Shown in pieces: positions 18,301-27,300 of a DNA stretch of 64,000 bases. Made by a program: the position numbers and the translations under genes. The stretch is from the IMG/VR virus record IMGVR_UViG_3300008952_000006, positions 109,035 through 173,034 of that record; one strand, 5' to 3'. The notes beneath the pieces were generated by a model. That model ran no database searches and had not been told where the DNA came from. It saw nothing but the letters and a program-made list of their open reading frames with translations. The first letter of the stretch is position 1. Every line of letters starts with the position of its first letter. The stretch comes from a virus.

Positions 18301-20028
18301 TTCCTCCATTTCAAGGTAATAAATGTCGTTCCCTAGGATCATCTTTGTAGCGTTGAAACCAGCAGCGTACTGCGAATCCCACCCAAGTGGTGTATACCCG
18401 CCACCGCCCCTTGGGACCCACTGGTCGTACCCACCCCTAACATGGCGAGCAAAGTCCGTAATCGCCCGCATGTCTGCGTAGTTGATAACCATTTCGGCTG
18501 CTGGGTCTTCGTAACTGCCTCTGCTGGCAGACGCGCCGCTGCCTCGAAGCTGCTCCCCCACTGTTGTAAGGGTGCTGCAGTAAGCATAGTAATCCCCTTT
18601 TACGGGTTGGTTGCCGTCTTCAAACACCAAGGTGGGGCTAAGAAGGAACCCGAGCGGGTTACAGGGTCTTGCGATACCCTGCTGCTTACCCTGCCAGAAG
18701 TGTAGGGGGGCGCTTGGGGCAATGACGTTGAGGACCTCCGCGTAGCCAAACCCGCCATTATCGCACCATAAGTTTGTTCCAATAGGCAGACTCCAGTTAG
18801 AATCCGCGTCTGCTTCTGGGTCGGGCAGTCCGACATTTCCATAAATTCTTCTACCACTACTCTGGTAACCGGTACTTGCGGTCTTTTGCCCGCTAAAGTC
18901 TTCGCTGGCACCAGCCACGGATAAGTATAAATCGCCGGGGGTTACGCCCCCGATGTGTTCTGGAAGATCGGGTCGCTCAAGAATATGCACAACGTGTGCA
19001 TAATTTGGCGCGTCCCCGGCAATCGCGGCAACGCTATCGTGGTTCGGGTAGTGTCGCCAGAGAACAAGCGCGCCCTCTACAAACTGACCAGGATCAGCCA
19101 CGGTAACCCTTGTCAGGTTCCCCCGCGTCAGGACCGCCTTGTCTCCTGTGCCAGAAGCCGCAACATCATCACTATGTTGGATAGACGCAATCTGGTACAA
19201 GCCATTATTTGTTTGGCCGTGGACAATATCGTGTTGCCCATCATTTACAATTTTGAGGTAGCAACCAGGACGAAGACAGTAATCAGAAAAGCCTTTATTA
19301 GAAGATCGGATCACGATCCCGTCAGACTCCCATTTGTAGATTGTGATCGACTTCCCACTACCAAAATAGGGTGCTGCATCAGACTCAATCTCAGAAATAA
19401 ACGGGATAAAATTGGGGATACTGTGGAGGTCGTCACCATCGTACGTAGTCCCTGCGGGGAAATAAGAATCAACTGCTGCTGCGTTCTTGGTTCTCACCGA
19501 CGAAGGGGAAATGGTTAATCTCTGGTCGAGATGGGCTCTATCACCGTCTACTGTAGCGCCGGTAGAAAGATCATTAGGGTAAATAGACGACCTGTAGAGC
19601 CGGATAAGGGAAGACAGCTCTGATTCGTGGAGACCAACATATACCCAGGTAGGGGGCGCATTAACATGGGCCAGATCAATAGCGGTAGCGCCGGTTGTAA
19701 CACCACTGGGGTTTGTTGACCATTCCACGCTAAGCGTTGGAAATCCCGTGACAGAGGTCGCGGAGTCCGTAGAGCGCCTGCTGGGGGAAAGAACTTCACG
19801 CCGCAACGCAGGAGCGTCAAGGGCCCCCTTAATGGAGTCAATATTCGAAGACAGGGCACCAAAAGCGCGGTTAAAGGCTTCGCTGGTCGCGTTCTCGCCG
19901 TAAGCCATAAACTTGGTTGCAGGGGCCTGTGGATTGAAAGGTGTGGCTGTGTTCGGAGGCGCTGTGGTGTCGAGAGCGTCAAAGGCAGAAGTCAGTCCCG
20001 CTAGCTTTCCAAAATATTTATATGACAT
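12346..20028 (-). CDS. Very large tail fibre/tailspike with right-handed beta-helix (pectin-lyase-like) region
   Basis: 2560 aa; N-terminal anchor GENATSEAFNRAFGALSSNID; many I(T/S)xN beta-helix rungs (NIIITDN, VRITNN, CIISDN, CTISGNN); last gene of the tail module. Confidence 0.75.
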   Translation of the reverse strand: MSYKYFGKLAGLTSAFDALDTTAPPNTATPFNPQAPATKFMAYGENATSEAFNRAFGALSSNIDSIKGALDAPALRREVLSPSRRSTDSATSVTGFPTLSVEWSTNPSGVTTGATAIDLAHVNAPPTWVYVGLHESELSSLIRLYRSSIYPNDLSTGATVDGDRAHLDQRLTISPSSVRTKNAAAVDSYFPAGTTYDGDDLHSIPNFIPFISEIESDAAPYFGSGKSITIYKWESDGIVIRSSNKGFSDYCLRPGCYLKIVNDGQHDIVHGQTNNGLYQIASIQHSDDVAASGTGDKAVLTRGNLTRVTVADPGQFVEGALVLWRHYPNHDSVAAIAGDAPNYAHVVHILERPDLPEHIGGVTPGDLYLSVAGASEDFSGQKTASTGYQSSGRRIYGNVGLPDPEADADSNWSLPIGTNLWCDNGGFGYAEVLNVIAPSAPLHFWQGKQQGIARPCNPLGFLLSPTLVFEDGNQPVKGDYYAYCSTLTTVGEQLRGSGASASRGSYEDPAAEMVINYADMRAITDFARHVRGGYDQWVPRGGGGYTPLGWDSQYAAGFNATKMILGNDIYYLEMEETTATGVSFEDACDNQFGGEGLSIGQQIFLEKTGPGSNADAMGLIVSVSGNYVVLSHVLPELSGANRDRTFIDDNQLIVDETLGNLNANGYLSTVSLNAGVNEYKVALILSGNLSEGKTNTFTPTDGLNAVYHNDYAANQYQRGAEGTGNEIGYTDNERPITVFFQEDITGDQKLFQFHSDAVPERSIRLIDGFDRATGAYMLTRISLEWGRSSYDQRINAVPATEQKPLTFFDENTNAWSWKSDFQMVGDHCGIPLTGYDDHQKWVDSAKAPNGYSYGFNTNYANARAFDYRGMPKELNTFNSSVDRQPALMEALEALKLGSYIPGDPINTGTDYSGTGQAASNFGALSNGILHGAHISWSEKDQDRFGTTYGGGVAQGTDDIDIGEAWFVKGGAKIYQPETRLSLGNELVASGTYILFFHFDNNDGTGDYVGRYRLMDVAALGAVPAGWNIWDNPWTVPVCQVVYNAAATTIETVIDCRQRISREDTRGNIYVGRTGDYHPFPAGQTAAGDYPNQIVHFETLGEAFAAIGVWETLRDSVIKNDVEILQRYWTIEVISHTFEWPSDWVAGFTMADAAKRGLSYPFRVPANGLTVIGRAQAPRPDDTNQYPIVMWGNPDIGTGEGGGSGWSDASGSPEQNLIDLNGKSGLVFRDLSFTWLGSNLTAAQNIAINRDIAYDYGDPTTWYANMPGCNLFINRTATPEDYIAGGPLEDGDRPGLAFWYAAENTFPETIFRSNSSRNILIENVHLTGGSGFLFHVDYPNFDNLTIRDCSATHISNTFVTIESVSADRLDGSGLTSPGYHTNVVIEDCFASSRDNLDGSPDYSIEYKFSNAIHLTGCANFKVDNCMVQGFLTGVCARHQDWWYTRECWVNGFPANLPAYFGGVMPAGVDGLQPSFGTIANSTFTKQYRQGIIWHSISDWAPINIGRQWGGITITDCVFKEWAVDRIEQSAPYKDVWEPQDTMALITRYGAAPAIQTVGADTLIKGNKFVRVDHGPNWNQANPSSEEYPHHVIDCWGAGRILSPNHFGAPMYFLDDDVGNNIIITDNSTSCVAGHSFLRLFHAAASVVSGNTEDAVERQNSGATPAPAKHYPNGFRFTDYSVHGYDLHDVNIDGNVFACKPLIGTQGNAPTTTNTRVRVTNNIWGAWPDYMYRFFTTDGGGTGSAVAGQCESIDGVTQGNNFNGLDIIFSGEGLDSTGHTISDNNFAANPLNTALHQKDDKWFDDFMLPVTKMGGSIILDYNGYGGAFQGLNNVRITNNRTNGGNIMVGSDIDPHGGYSMYHNVTVSGNDLTHTLIPNAGTWNSQFVGRYGLYSGGRIRFGGTPMHCIISDNHVGAAINNEEGGIQVGFGKKDDEVGPDGGVGEPLIGGPNNCTISGNNMQGSVIKTAGWMFDITGNTAVGGIFHNATVYDELLGGPTGRSNTSADMSGNGLYHWKIGVTRRIDFSGWIGLTSNAIAGGSHTQIKNNQFANKNSYAIVDPYSGVAANAMENYSTSSTDSPLEHWGPMIALNRAHQSTIDGNQGVRLIVAQDCQGLRITNNDMANGREHWNGGHGFTFGYGGHMELFGLMTGAIIEGNKLIWERAYDPDDSAGYDQKFTYNVNQLPLANGAAGNNSTIPYQPDQRPFVDPFEWGYFPERAGDDGQLSANFENVGVWGENLGLMKGVWMEGWSGSIFYNNAHHEDGNLLPLDIDSLRLANNTLVSTFWDHSTEEYPDIQNPIVTGNMVYANKWYEGRLEDYDQLADLSGLYRGITWFRAFTTGIIYTSNISYTGAAIGKQGTDQGGIIQPFTARGAYAVVSANQFKGGLARPKVSGGGAVFTGNNYSMYATDGDESWTGPAGEVHGFYTKHDLPGNYSEDLSRGGQDFGVSWSPPGIALSWAFSQPEGYSGLTLIGELGGKPLFFGGGSHWTQLTVFNGAGWAGVPDSPERYVAAMGLLNEAISSEVGGGYIDAITGGAGTGTGYHNETAFPVVGPTSHWLNLS

Positions 20029-20040
20029 TCGTAAACCTCT

Positions 20041-20697
20041 CTAGAACCGCAGTTCCCATTCAACTCTAAGAATAACATTAGGAGTGACCACAATAGGATC
20101 AAAAATATTATAAGCAACTAGGTGGTTAGGTTGCGCAGGATCTGCTTCACCCGGAATAGCAGGGGCTGCCTCATGAGTAAAAGTGGGATTAGCGTCTGTT
20201 AAATACAAACCAGCCTCAGAAATAGGAACGGAGGTCCCTACCTCAACATTCGAAACTCTAGTAATACTGCCAGTAAAAGATAACTCAGTTTCAGAAATAT
20301 CCACAATGAATCGTGTTCTAAAATCGCCTGGGAAGTAAATACTATTATTAGACTGGTTATCCACCTGCTTCAAATAAAAACGTTCAGCACCAGAAATCTG
20401 TAAAGGTACGGGGTCTTGGAGGGCTGTTACAGTAACTAGCTCTGTCTGACCTGTGGCAAACAAAGTATTAGTCTGTAATGCGCCGCCGCAGCCAAAACCC
20501 ATGTAGCCAATCTTAGACGTTACGTGGGGGCTGGGCGGGTCCGTGGAGTAGTCATCCGACCCAACAAGCCTAGAGAGCCACTGCCGCCCGACATTGGTGA
20601 CAACATTGTGCCCAAAACGTTGGTCTACGAGTTTTTTATCTTTATAGACGCCAATAACAATATTAATTGTCGGGTCTAGTTTGTCTAATAGGCGCAT
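20041..20697 (-). CDS. Tail fibre attachment/baseplate protein
   Basis: HNVVTNVGRQWL...YMGFGCGG...ISEAGLY...F.PI..TP...LRVEWELRF, typical of tail-collar/fibre-base proteins. Confidence 0.7.
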   Translation of the reverse strand: MRLLDKLDPTINIVIGVYKDKKLVDQRFGHNVVTNVGRQWLSRLVGSDDYSTDPPSPHVTSKIGYMGFGCGGALQTNTLFATGQTELVTVTALQDPVPLQISGAERFYLKQVDNQSNNSIYFPGDFRTRFIVDISETELSFTGSITRVSNVEVGTSVPISEAGLYLTDANPTFTHEAAPAIPGEADPAQPNHLVAYNIFDPIVVTPNVILRVEWELRF

Positions 20698-20732
20698 AAT
20701 GTTGTCTCCTAACTTTTCCTTAAAAATTGTGT

Positions 20733-23700
20733 CTAGGGCAAGGATCCGTGACCTCGTACATAGGCGTAGATAAACACTTGATAGGGACCACCAAGACTGG
20801 CGGCCACAAATGGCCCTGTGCTTAAAACAATGTCTACTGGATTCCCTGCGCCGATAAGACCATGTGCAAACTCTATACCACGGCAGCGATGGTGTGTATT
20901 AAGTGCATAGTTGTCGTCCGTAAGATTATTCGCAGAGGCCCTAACTTGGCTTCCCTTCATGAGCACCCCGTGAGGACTCAAGTCCATACCAGCTGGCCAC
21001 CCAGATGGCGCGGTACCGTTATAGGGACTCATTGGCCGCAAAATTGAAGAGTTAATCACATGACCGCCGATAGACATATTGAATAGCTGTATGTCTATTC
21101 CGTGCCCTGCGGTCCCTACTGGCGTTGCGGCGTGGAGGGGCTGTTGGGTGTTGGAGTCGATGTTCCAGACCATCACGTCATAGATTTGTATGGTGTCTTG
21201 TGGGACCCAAGTATAGATCATAGTGGTCGGGTTTACCGCGTCCATGGAGTACGCATCAAATTCAACTATATAGAGGGCCGGGACTGTCGGGTGACCTGAC
21301 TGCGCATTGATGGCCGCTGTCCCCGATGCCCTCGAAGGGCCCACAAATCCCGCCGTATCAGCATGAATAACCCCGCGAGTGGTGGTATTTGCCCAGTGAG
21401 TAGCTAGTACGATACTCCCACCACTCCCGTCATCAGCCATGCCTGTCTGCAGAGTAATATCGCCAGAACGACTGCCTCCGGTGCCGCCGCTGGAGGCACT
21501 AGCACGACCTGTGGTTAGGGTTATGCTTCCCGTATTTCCTGCAGCCTGTCCTCCTGTGGCGTCTGTCTGCCCCGTCTCTAAAGCGATATCGCCAGACTTT
21601 GTTTGGTTCCCGCCGCCACCATCCACAAGAGTATCACCGGTAGTAACCTCGAAATTTGGGGTTCGGGTCGTGATGGTGACAAGAGGGTCCGAGTCGCTGG
21701 TCTGTATCTTAAACGCTGAGGCGGCACTCGCGGCATTATTTTCGAATAGGGTGTGAGGTATAGAGGCCGATACATCGGTACCGAAGTAAAGGTCATCATA
21801 GGCATTAATCCGAACGTCCCCGTCTATGGTGATCCCCTTGTTTGGAGCAGTAGGTGACGTCCAGCCAGTTATCGTCGCAGATTCGGTAGGCCCGCCACCG
21901 CCAACACGCTCGAAACTGAGAACGTCACCAAACTCAATAAGGGGGGATTGCCCATTTGTCGCCGCGTCAACCGATAACGTACTAGACCACGACGGTGTAG
22001 ACCCACCCGCAGGAGCAGCCCATTGGGCAGTTCCGCTCACGTCTATAGATGTTAAAACATGGCCGATAGTCCCAGCAGTATTCGTTAGTTTAAAGGCTGT
22101 GTCAGATTGGATGGTGTTCGCAGCCGTTAGTCTGCCAGAAACCTCAACAGTGCCGAGCGCCCCTGTATCAAGAGAGATATCTCCACGAGTACCCGAAGCT
22201 GTTCCAGTCTCAATGGTGACCCCGCCCGAGTCGCCCCCACTTGCATTACCAGTCTTGATAACTAATTCGCCCGAGTCGCCAGACGTTATTGAGTTACCTG
22301 TGTTTATTAGGACTTCACCCGAGTCACCGGCAGCATTGGAGGAGCCTGTAGAGAAGAATAACGCTCCTGTATTCGCCGCCGTAGGCGTCTTAATCCTTAT
22401 AAAGCCCGACCCCGATGAGGTTATGTCGTGTCCGTTAACAACTAGATTCCCGCCAAGAAAAGGGGTCGCGTCATCCACAACAGCCGTTAGATAACCAGCT
22501 GCCCCGTGGTCTCCCCAACCAAAAGCATTATCCCAGTTAGTAATATCGGCAGTTGTGATGCCAAATGAATCAGATGCGGTAAAGATAGGGTCGGTCTCAG
22601 CGCCAATGGAGGGGGCCGCCCATACCCCATCACCATTAACGGTACCCGCTGTAAGCACATAACCGGGGGTTGTTGGGGTGCCGATACCGACACGGAGGGT
22701 GTTTGTACGCAGACCGACGATAGTCATATTGCCCGTGTTTGTGCACCGAGCATTGCTCCCCGTATCTTGGATTAACTTCCCTGTTGTGCCGTCAAAGCGC
22801 GCTAACGAATCATTGACGCTAGACGCGGGACCAACAACGTCCCCTGTTCCCCCGCCAATAAGGACTGGCGCGCCACTGGACGCAGGGATGTAGTAAAGAT
22901 TATTGTCAGCACTAGAGACAAATATCGCGCCTTCATTTGCGCCAGTGGGAACATTCCCCGCTGTGGTCTCGGTAAAAATCACCCCCGTTGGGTCAAGATT
23001 ACCAGTAATATCTACGTCCCCGTGGAACGTGGCAACCTTGCCAGCGCTTGGGGAGCCTGCGCCAAAGGACGCTTCAAGATTTCCGGCCCCGTCATCCGTT
23101 AAGACAACCCCTTCCGCAGAAGAGACGGTCCCAGGATAGAAGTGTATGTCCTCACCGCCGGGTGTGCTGAAACCTACACGACTACCAGCGGCTTGTGACA
23201 ACCTGACGAGACTGTCTTGGACAATGTGCGTGTTATTACCGTCCCACCGAACAAGATGCTCGTCCGTGCTGTCCCCCGAACTGTGTACTACGCCCGCGAT
23301 GTGGGTAGAGCCGTGAAACCAGATAGAGCCTGGATTTGTGTCGGTGTCTGTCCCGGTGGACGCAACAACTCCGACAATTCTCTTGTTTGCTAAGGGGCCC
23401 GCGTCTGTGGTTAGCGCGTTCCCAACACCAACGTAAACCAAGTCGCCCATAGACGCTGCACCGCCACCATTTAGCGTGGTGGTGTCAACAGGTATTAGGC
23501 CCTCCACCAACAAGTAGCTTCGGTCGCCGTCAGCGATCTGGTCATGCAGAGCTAAAAAGATAGGGCCTGTTGTTACAGAAGCATCACCATCTCCGATCAA
23601 CTTAAATTGTACAACAAAGTTCTGATAATCCTCTGCACTAGCCGTAGCGTTTTTCCAGGTATCCAGAGCGTCTGCGTGCAGCGTGACTGTCTGACCAAGA

Positions 23701-24308
23701 TCTACTTGGCCGCCCTCCATATTTACCCCGCTAGCAATCTTGCGGGCTCCGAGGCCTTTTGAGACGGTATTCAAATAGCGCTCTAGACCGCGAGACCACC
23801 CCTCATCGGCGTCAAACTCTACTGTCTCATTAGCTGCGCTCATTGAGGTTGCTCGAGAAGGAGCTTCGCTAGGGTATTCCGCGTTGTCCGCGCCTAAAAT
23901 TGCAGGGTCCTGAATCTCAAGCAGGACTGTGAACGTTTCTTCTGGCCCAGCGATAGTGCCAGGGCCGCTAGGGTCTGCTATGTAGGGCTCGGCAGTAACA
24001 CGAACCAGCCAGCGCCCAGGTATGTTGGGGGTAAACACGCGGGGATCGGCCACGGTACCAGTTCCCGCCATAGCGATAGATAGCCCATCTGGACCGAACA
24101 GGTCCCAAGAAGCCGAGCCTATATTGTACTCACCTAAAGATGCGGATGCGTCTGTGTCAAAAGCATCGGTGGGTGCAGCAGGATTGTTGTCCCTATCTAG
24201 CCAGATATGACACGGGGAAGAAGCCTCCTGATCATAAGTGACCGAGTGGGGGAGATTGTCGTTGGACTGTTCCCCGGAACCAAGATGTCTAATTACAAGA
24301 ATAGCCAC
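20733..24308 (-). CDS. Tail fibre protein (mosaic)
   Basis: Fibre motifs GDVVGPASSVNDSLARFDGTTGKLIQD, ETDPIFTAS...NWDNAFGWGDH and SG.v.I.TG repeats; start moved to GTG 24308 after GGAGGAG, which removes the overlap with the upstream gene. Confidence 0.75.
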   Translation of the reverse strand: MAILVIRHLGSGEQSNDNLPHSVTYDQEASSPCHIWLDRDNNPAAPTDAFDTDASASLGEYNIGSASWDLFGPDGLSIAMAGTGTVADPRVFTPNIPGRWLVRVTAEPYIADPSGPGTIAGPEETFTVLLEIQDPAILGADNAEYPSEAPSRATSMSAANETVEFDADEGWSRGLERYLNTVSKGLGARKIASGVNMEGGQVDLGQTVTLHADALDTWKNATASAEDYQNFVVQFKLIGDGDASVTTGPIFLALHDQIADGDRSYLLVEGLIPVDTTTLNGGGAASMGDLVYVGVGNALTTDAGPLANKRIVGVVASTGTDTDTNPGSIWFHGSTHIAGVVHSSGDSTDEHLVRWDGNNTHIVQDSLVRLSQAAGSRVGFSTPGGEDIHFYPGTVSSAEGVVLTDDGAGNLEASFGAGSPSAGKVATFHGDVDITGNLDPTGVIFTETTAGNVPTGANEGAIFVSSADNNLYYIPASSGAPVLIGGGTGDVVGPASSVNDSLARFDGTTGKLIQDTGSNARCTNTGNMTIVGLRTNTLRVGIGTPTTPGYVLTAGTVNGDGVWAAPSIGAETDPIFTASDSFGITTADITNWDNAFGWGDHGAAGYLTAVVDDATPFLGGNLVVNGHDITSSGSGFIRIKTPTAANTGALFFSTGSSNAAGDSGEVLINTGNSITSGDSGELVIKTGNASGGDSGGVTIETGTASGTRGDISLDTGALGTVEVSGRLTAANTIQSDTAFKLTNTAGTIGHVLTSIDVSGTAQWAAPAGGSTPSWSSTLSVDAATNGQSPLIEFGDVLSFERVGGGGPTESATITGWTSPTAPNKGITIDGDVRINAYDDLYFGTDVSASIPHTLFENNAASAASAFKIQTSDSDPLVTITTRTPNFEVTTGDTLVDGGGGNQTKSGDIALETGQTDATGGQAAGNTGSITLTTGRASASSGGTGGSRSGDITLQTGMADDGSGGSIVLATHWANTTTRGVIHADTAGFVGPSRASGTAAINAQSGHPTVPALYIVEFDAYSMDAVNPTTMIYTWVPQDTIQIYDVMVWNIDSNTQQPLHAATPVGTAGHGIDIQLFNMSIGGHVINSSILRPMSPYNGTAPSGWPAGMDLSPHGVLMKGSQVRASANNLTDDNYALNTHHRCRGIEFAHGLIGAGNPVDIVLSTGPFVAASLGGPYQVFIYAYVRGHGSLP

Positions 24309-24310
24309 GA

Positions 24311-27300
24311 TTATACTCCTCCAAACGTGCCAGTACCCCAAGCCGTAATACCCCAGCCGAGGGCTGAATGGTGGAAAGCTTTAAGAGAGACATCTTCGTC
24401 CATATGATACGACCAAGCCCCACCAGATTTCATCTGATAGGGTCGGTAATTACGCACAATTATATCATAATACCCAAACCCTGGAAGCGCGGCGGGGATA
24501 TCAAATTCAAGTACGTGGCCGTCACTGGGTTGGTCTGGCCCCCCGTAAACAAACTTAGATGTACCGCTGCGATTATTACCCAGGAAGCCTACAATTTTAC
24601 CCGCGTTAATACCTGTCTCAAAAAAGTAATTACTAACAGGTGTCTCTACCCCGGTATCTGAATTTCTAAAAAACACCCACGATCCTCCGATTATGCCTTC
24701 AGGTGTCGCCGCTGTCGGATCGCCATAACTGTCCGGATTTTCGTCTGGAACATCGACCCGGGTTGGGTCATCATTACAGAAATAAAACCCGCAAAGTCTA
24801 ATATCGTAACCGGCAGAAAGCGCTAGGATCATTTTAATACTTGGGGCGGGAATAAAGAACTCCGTAAACCCTTGTGTGAAATGGTACTCCTTTGGGGCGC
24901 GGACCTTAACCCCGAAATGGATGTTCTGTAGGTAGGTGGAGACGTGAGGAGAGTAATCCCAATCCTCTAGATTGTTGCCGCCCGCAGGGTGGATCGCGCC
25001 AATATCTTCGTAGCCCCAAACCATGGGGACGTTTGCCGGATTAGGGAGGGAACTCCAAATAGAATAGTTGCCTGGGCTTGTTGAGGGGATAAACTGCTTG
25101 TCCAGGGCGACAGTCGGATCATACGGGTGCTGCTGCAGCTCTCGTTGCATCTGGACAGCCTGCAGATGGTACAAAGGACTGTGGCCCAGATAGCCAGAAG
25201 TGCCGTCCTCCATGATTGCGGCCCCAACGTTTACTTCAAACTCTGACGCGCTGACTACATTAGCCACAGTATACTCATCGTTTAATCTGACTGAGTTCGG
25301 TAGAGTGGTCGTCTGGTCTGTGTTCCAGATGTGGACCTTATCCCCCGCAATAAGGTGATGCGTGAATGGTGGTGGCACTTTAATGCTAACGATTGGCAAA
25401 CCAGAAGCGTCTATATCATCAATAATACAACCAAAAGAGGCAGGGGTCTTTTCCCAGGTACCGTCAAAAGTGGGGGTAGCGGACCACCAATCGGCAACAT
25501 CTATCCCGCCAGTCCCGTCCGGGTAAGTGGCGGGAGGGTTTCCTGGGGTGTCCATGGGTATAAACTTCGTCAGGAAAATGGTCGGGTCAGACTCTGGGCC
25601 GTAATCAATATGTTTATCTTGTTGCCAAATGGTCTCGAGCAAGAAGTAAGGTCGAGTGCCAGTAGACCCGGGCATCGCTACATGGTCAGTATTACTGCGT
25701 GATAAAACAGGAGTCCCGTCTGCAGGGGCTTCTATTGTTGCGATTGCCCCACTCCTGCGACCTACAAGGGTAAGGGTTGCGCCCGCATGAGCGGCATCAT
25801 TAAAGACCGTTTCGATAACATCTAGCCGAGTCTCGTCTCCGTAAGCATTGTAGTTCTCCGTAGCTGTAGTGGGTGGGTTGTCCCAGTCATGGGTATCTTC
25901 CGTGTCAGACCTATCAAACCCTAGGATTAAGTAAGTATTCGGGTGCTCAACCTGTGGGCTGAATATGCCCTTGGTTGCATCCGCCGGATCAAAAGCGGGT
26001 ATTCTTGGGTGTACTCCTGCGCCAATGTGGAGGATTACTGGAGGCGCGGTATCCCAGATAGGTGAATCACCTGAATCTAGAACAACCGGGGCCGCACTTC
26101 CCGTAGCATCGCTGTAAATATCAACAGGCTCACCAAACTCGAACTCAATATCTTCCTGGAGGCCTGCTATATCTTTTGTGACGGGAACCCATAACCTCGA
26201 CCTGAGAACATCAATGTCGGAGTTCACGGTATTTATCATGTCTAAAGTGGTGCGGCGAGAGTTCCAGGAACCATCGCCAGAGTAATCGTCTAGGACGCCC
26301 TCGCAGTACCCGGACTCATACTTTTCTAGGACATCCTCCTTGTCCCAATGGGCCATTATTGCTGGTCCCACTAAGGCTGCAGTTGGCGCGATAAGGTCAC
26401 CGAAAAAGTAAAGCACCGAGCCCGGGGCTAAAGCGTTTATGTCTACGCCGTAAGAGCTATTTATAAATAAATCCATGTAAATAGGGGACCCGTTGGCGGG
26501 CGTTCCTATAGGGTTACTCCATTGGACAGCGGCTTCTACGTAGTGAATATAGGGGTCTCCGGGGACAAATATCCCTATGCAGGAGTTTACGTACAAACCA
26601 ACCTGATCCCCAGCAATCTCTGCACCAAGCTGGGTAAGGTTGGCTGTGACTTGCTGGTAGGGATCTACCTGTGCTTGCGGGGGGTCTACGGACATACCGT
26701 AGGCAAAAGACGCCTCAAGCCTAAGCCTGTAAAGGTTGGTGGTTGGTATAGACTGGGTCCAGAAGTTTGTATCGCTCAGCGTAAACTCGAGGTAGGCGGC
26801 CCCCGCCAGTCCGGGGTAGGTTACAGACGACACCTTCTCGAAGGTCTTTTCTTTTGGCCATATGAGATCCTCCCTGTCTTGAGGTATGGGGGACGAGGCC
26901 ATGGCCCAAAATGGGGAAGTGCTCGGAGTATCCTCTAGAATAAGTGTTGGCTCTAGGAATACAGTGTCTAACACGCTGATTTCATCAGAAAGTTTAAGAG
27001 AACCAACCAAGATAAAATCTGTATACGCTGGCTTAGCTTCGTTTAAAAACGATTTAACCAGAGGAAACACTTGCGTAGTCTGTGTGATGTCCATGGGGAC
27101 TTCCACGACAAACTTGTGGTACTTCTCAATAATCGAGGGTTCTTTGTCTACAATGTGCTCGATTCCGTATTCGTCCACGTACTTGTCTACGTTCCCGCCA
27201 AACTGCCTCTCAATCAAATCTGGGTCTGAGATGTAATCCTCAATGCCAACAACGTCTACAAGCTTCGAGTAAGGAAGGACTTTGGCGTCTTCCATGACCG

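Noticed and set aside
19996-20028. FGKLA near the N-terminus of the 2560-aa fibre as a KxA leader
   Set aside because: No helical leader, and the protein is an acidic tail component; likely a chance match, which also shows the motif's low information content
12346-24308. Diversity-generating retroelement acting on the fibre genes
   Set aside because: No reverse transcriptase and no template/variable repeat pair were noticed in this window
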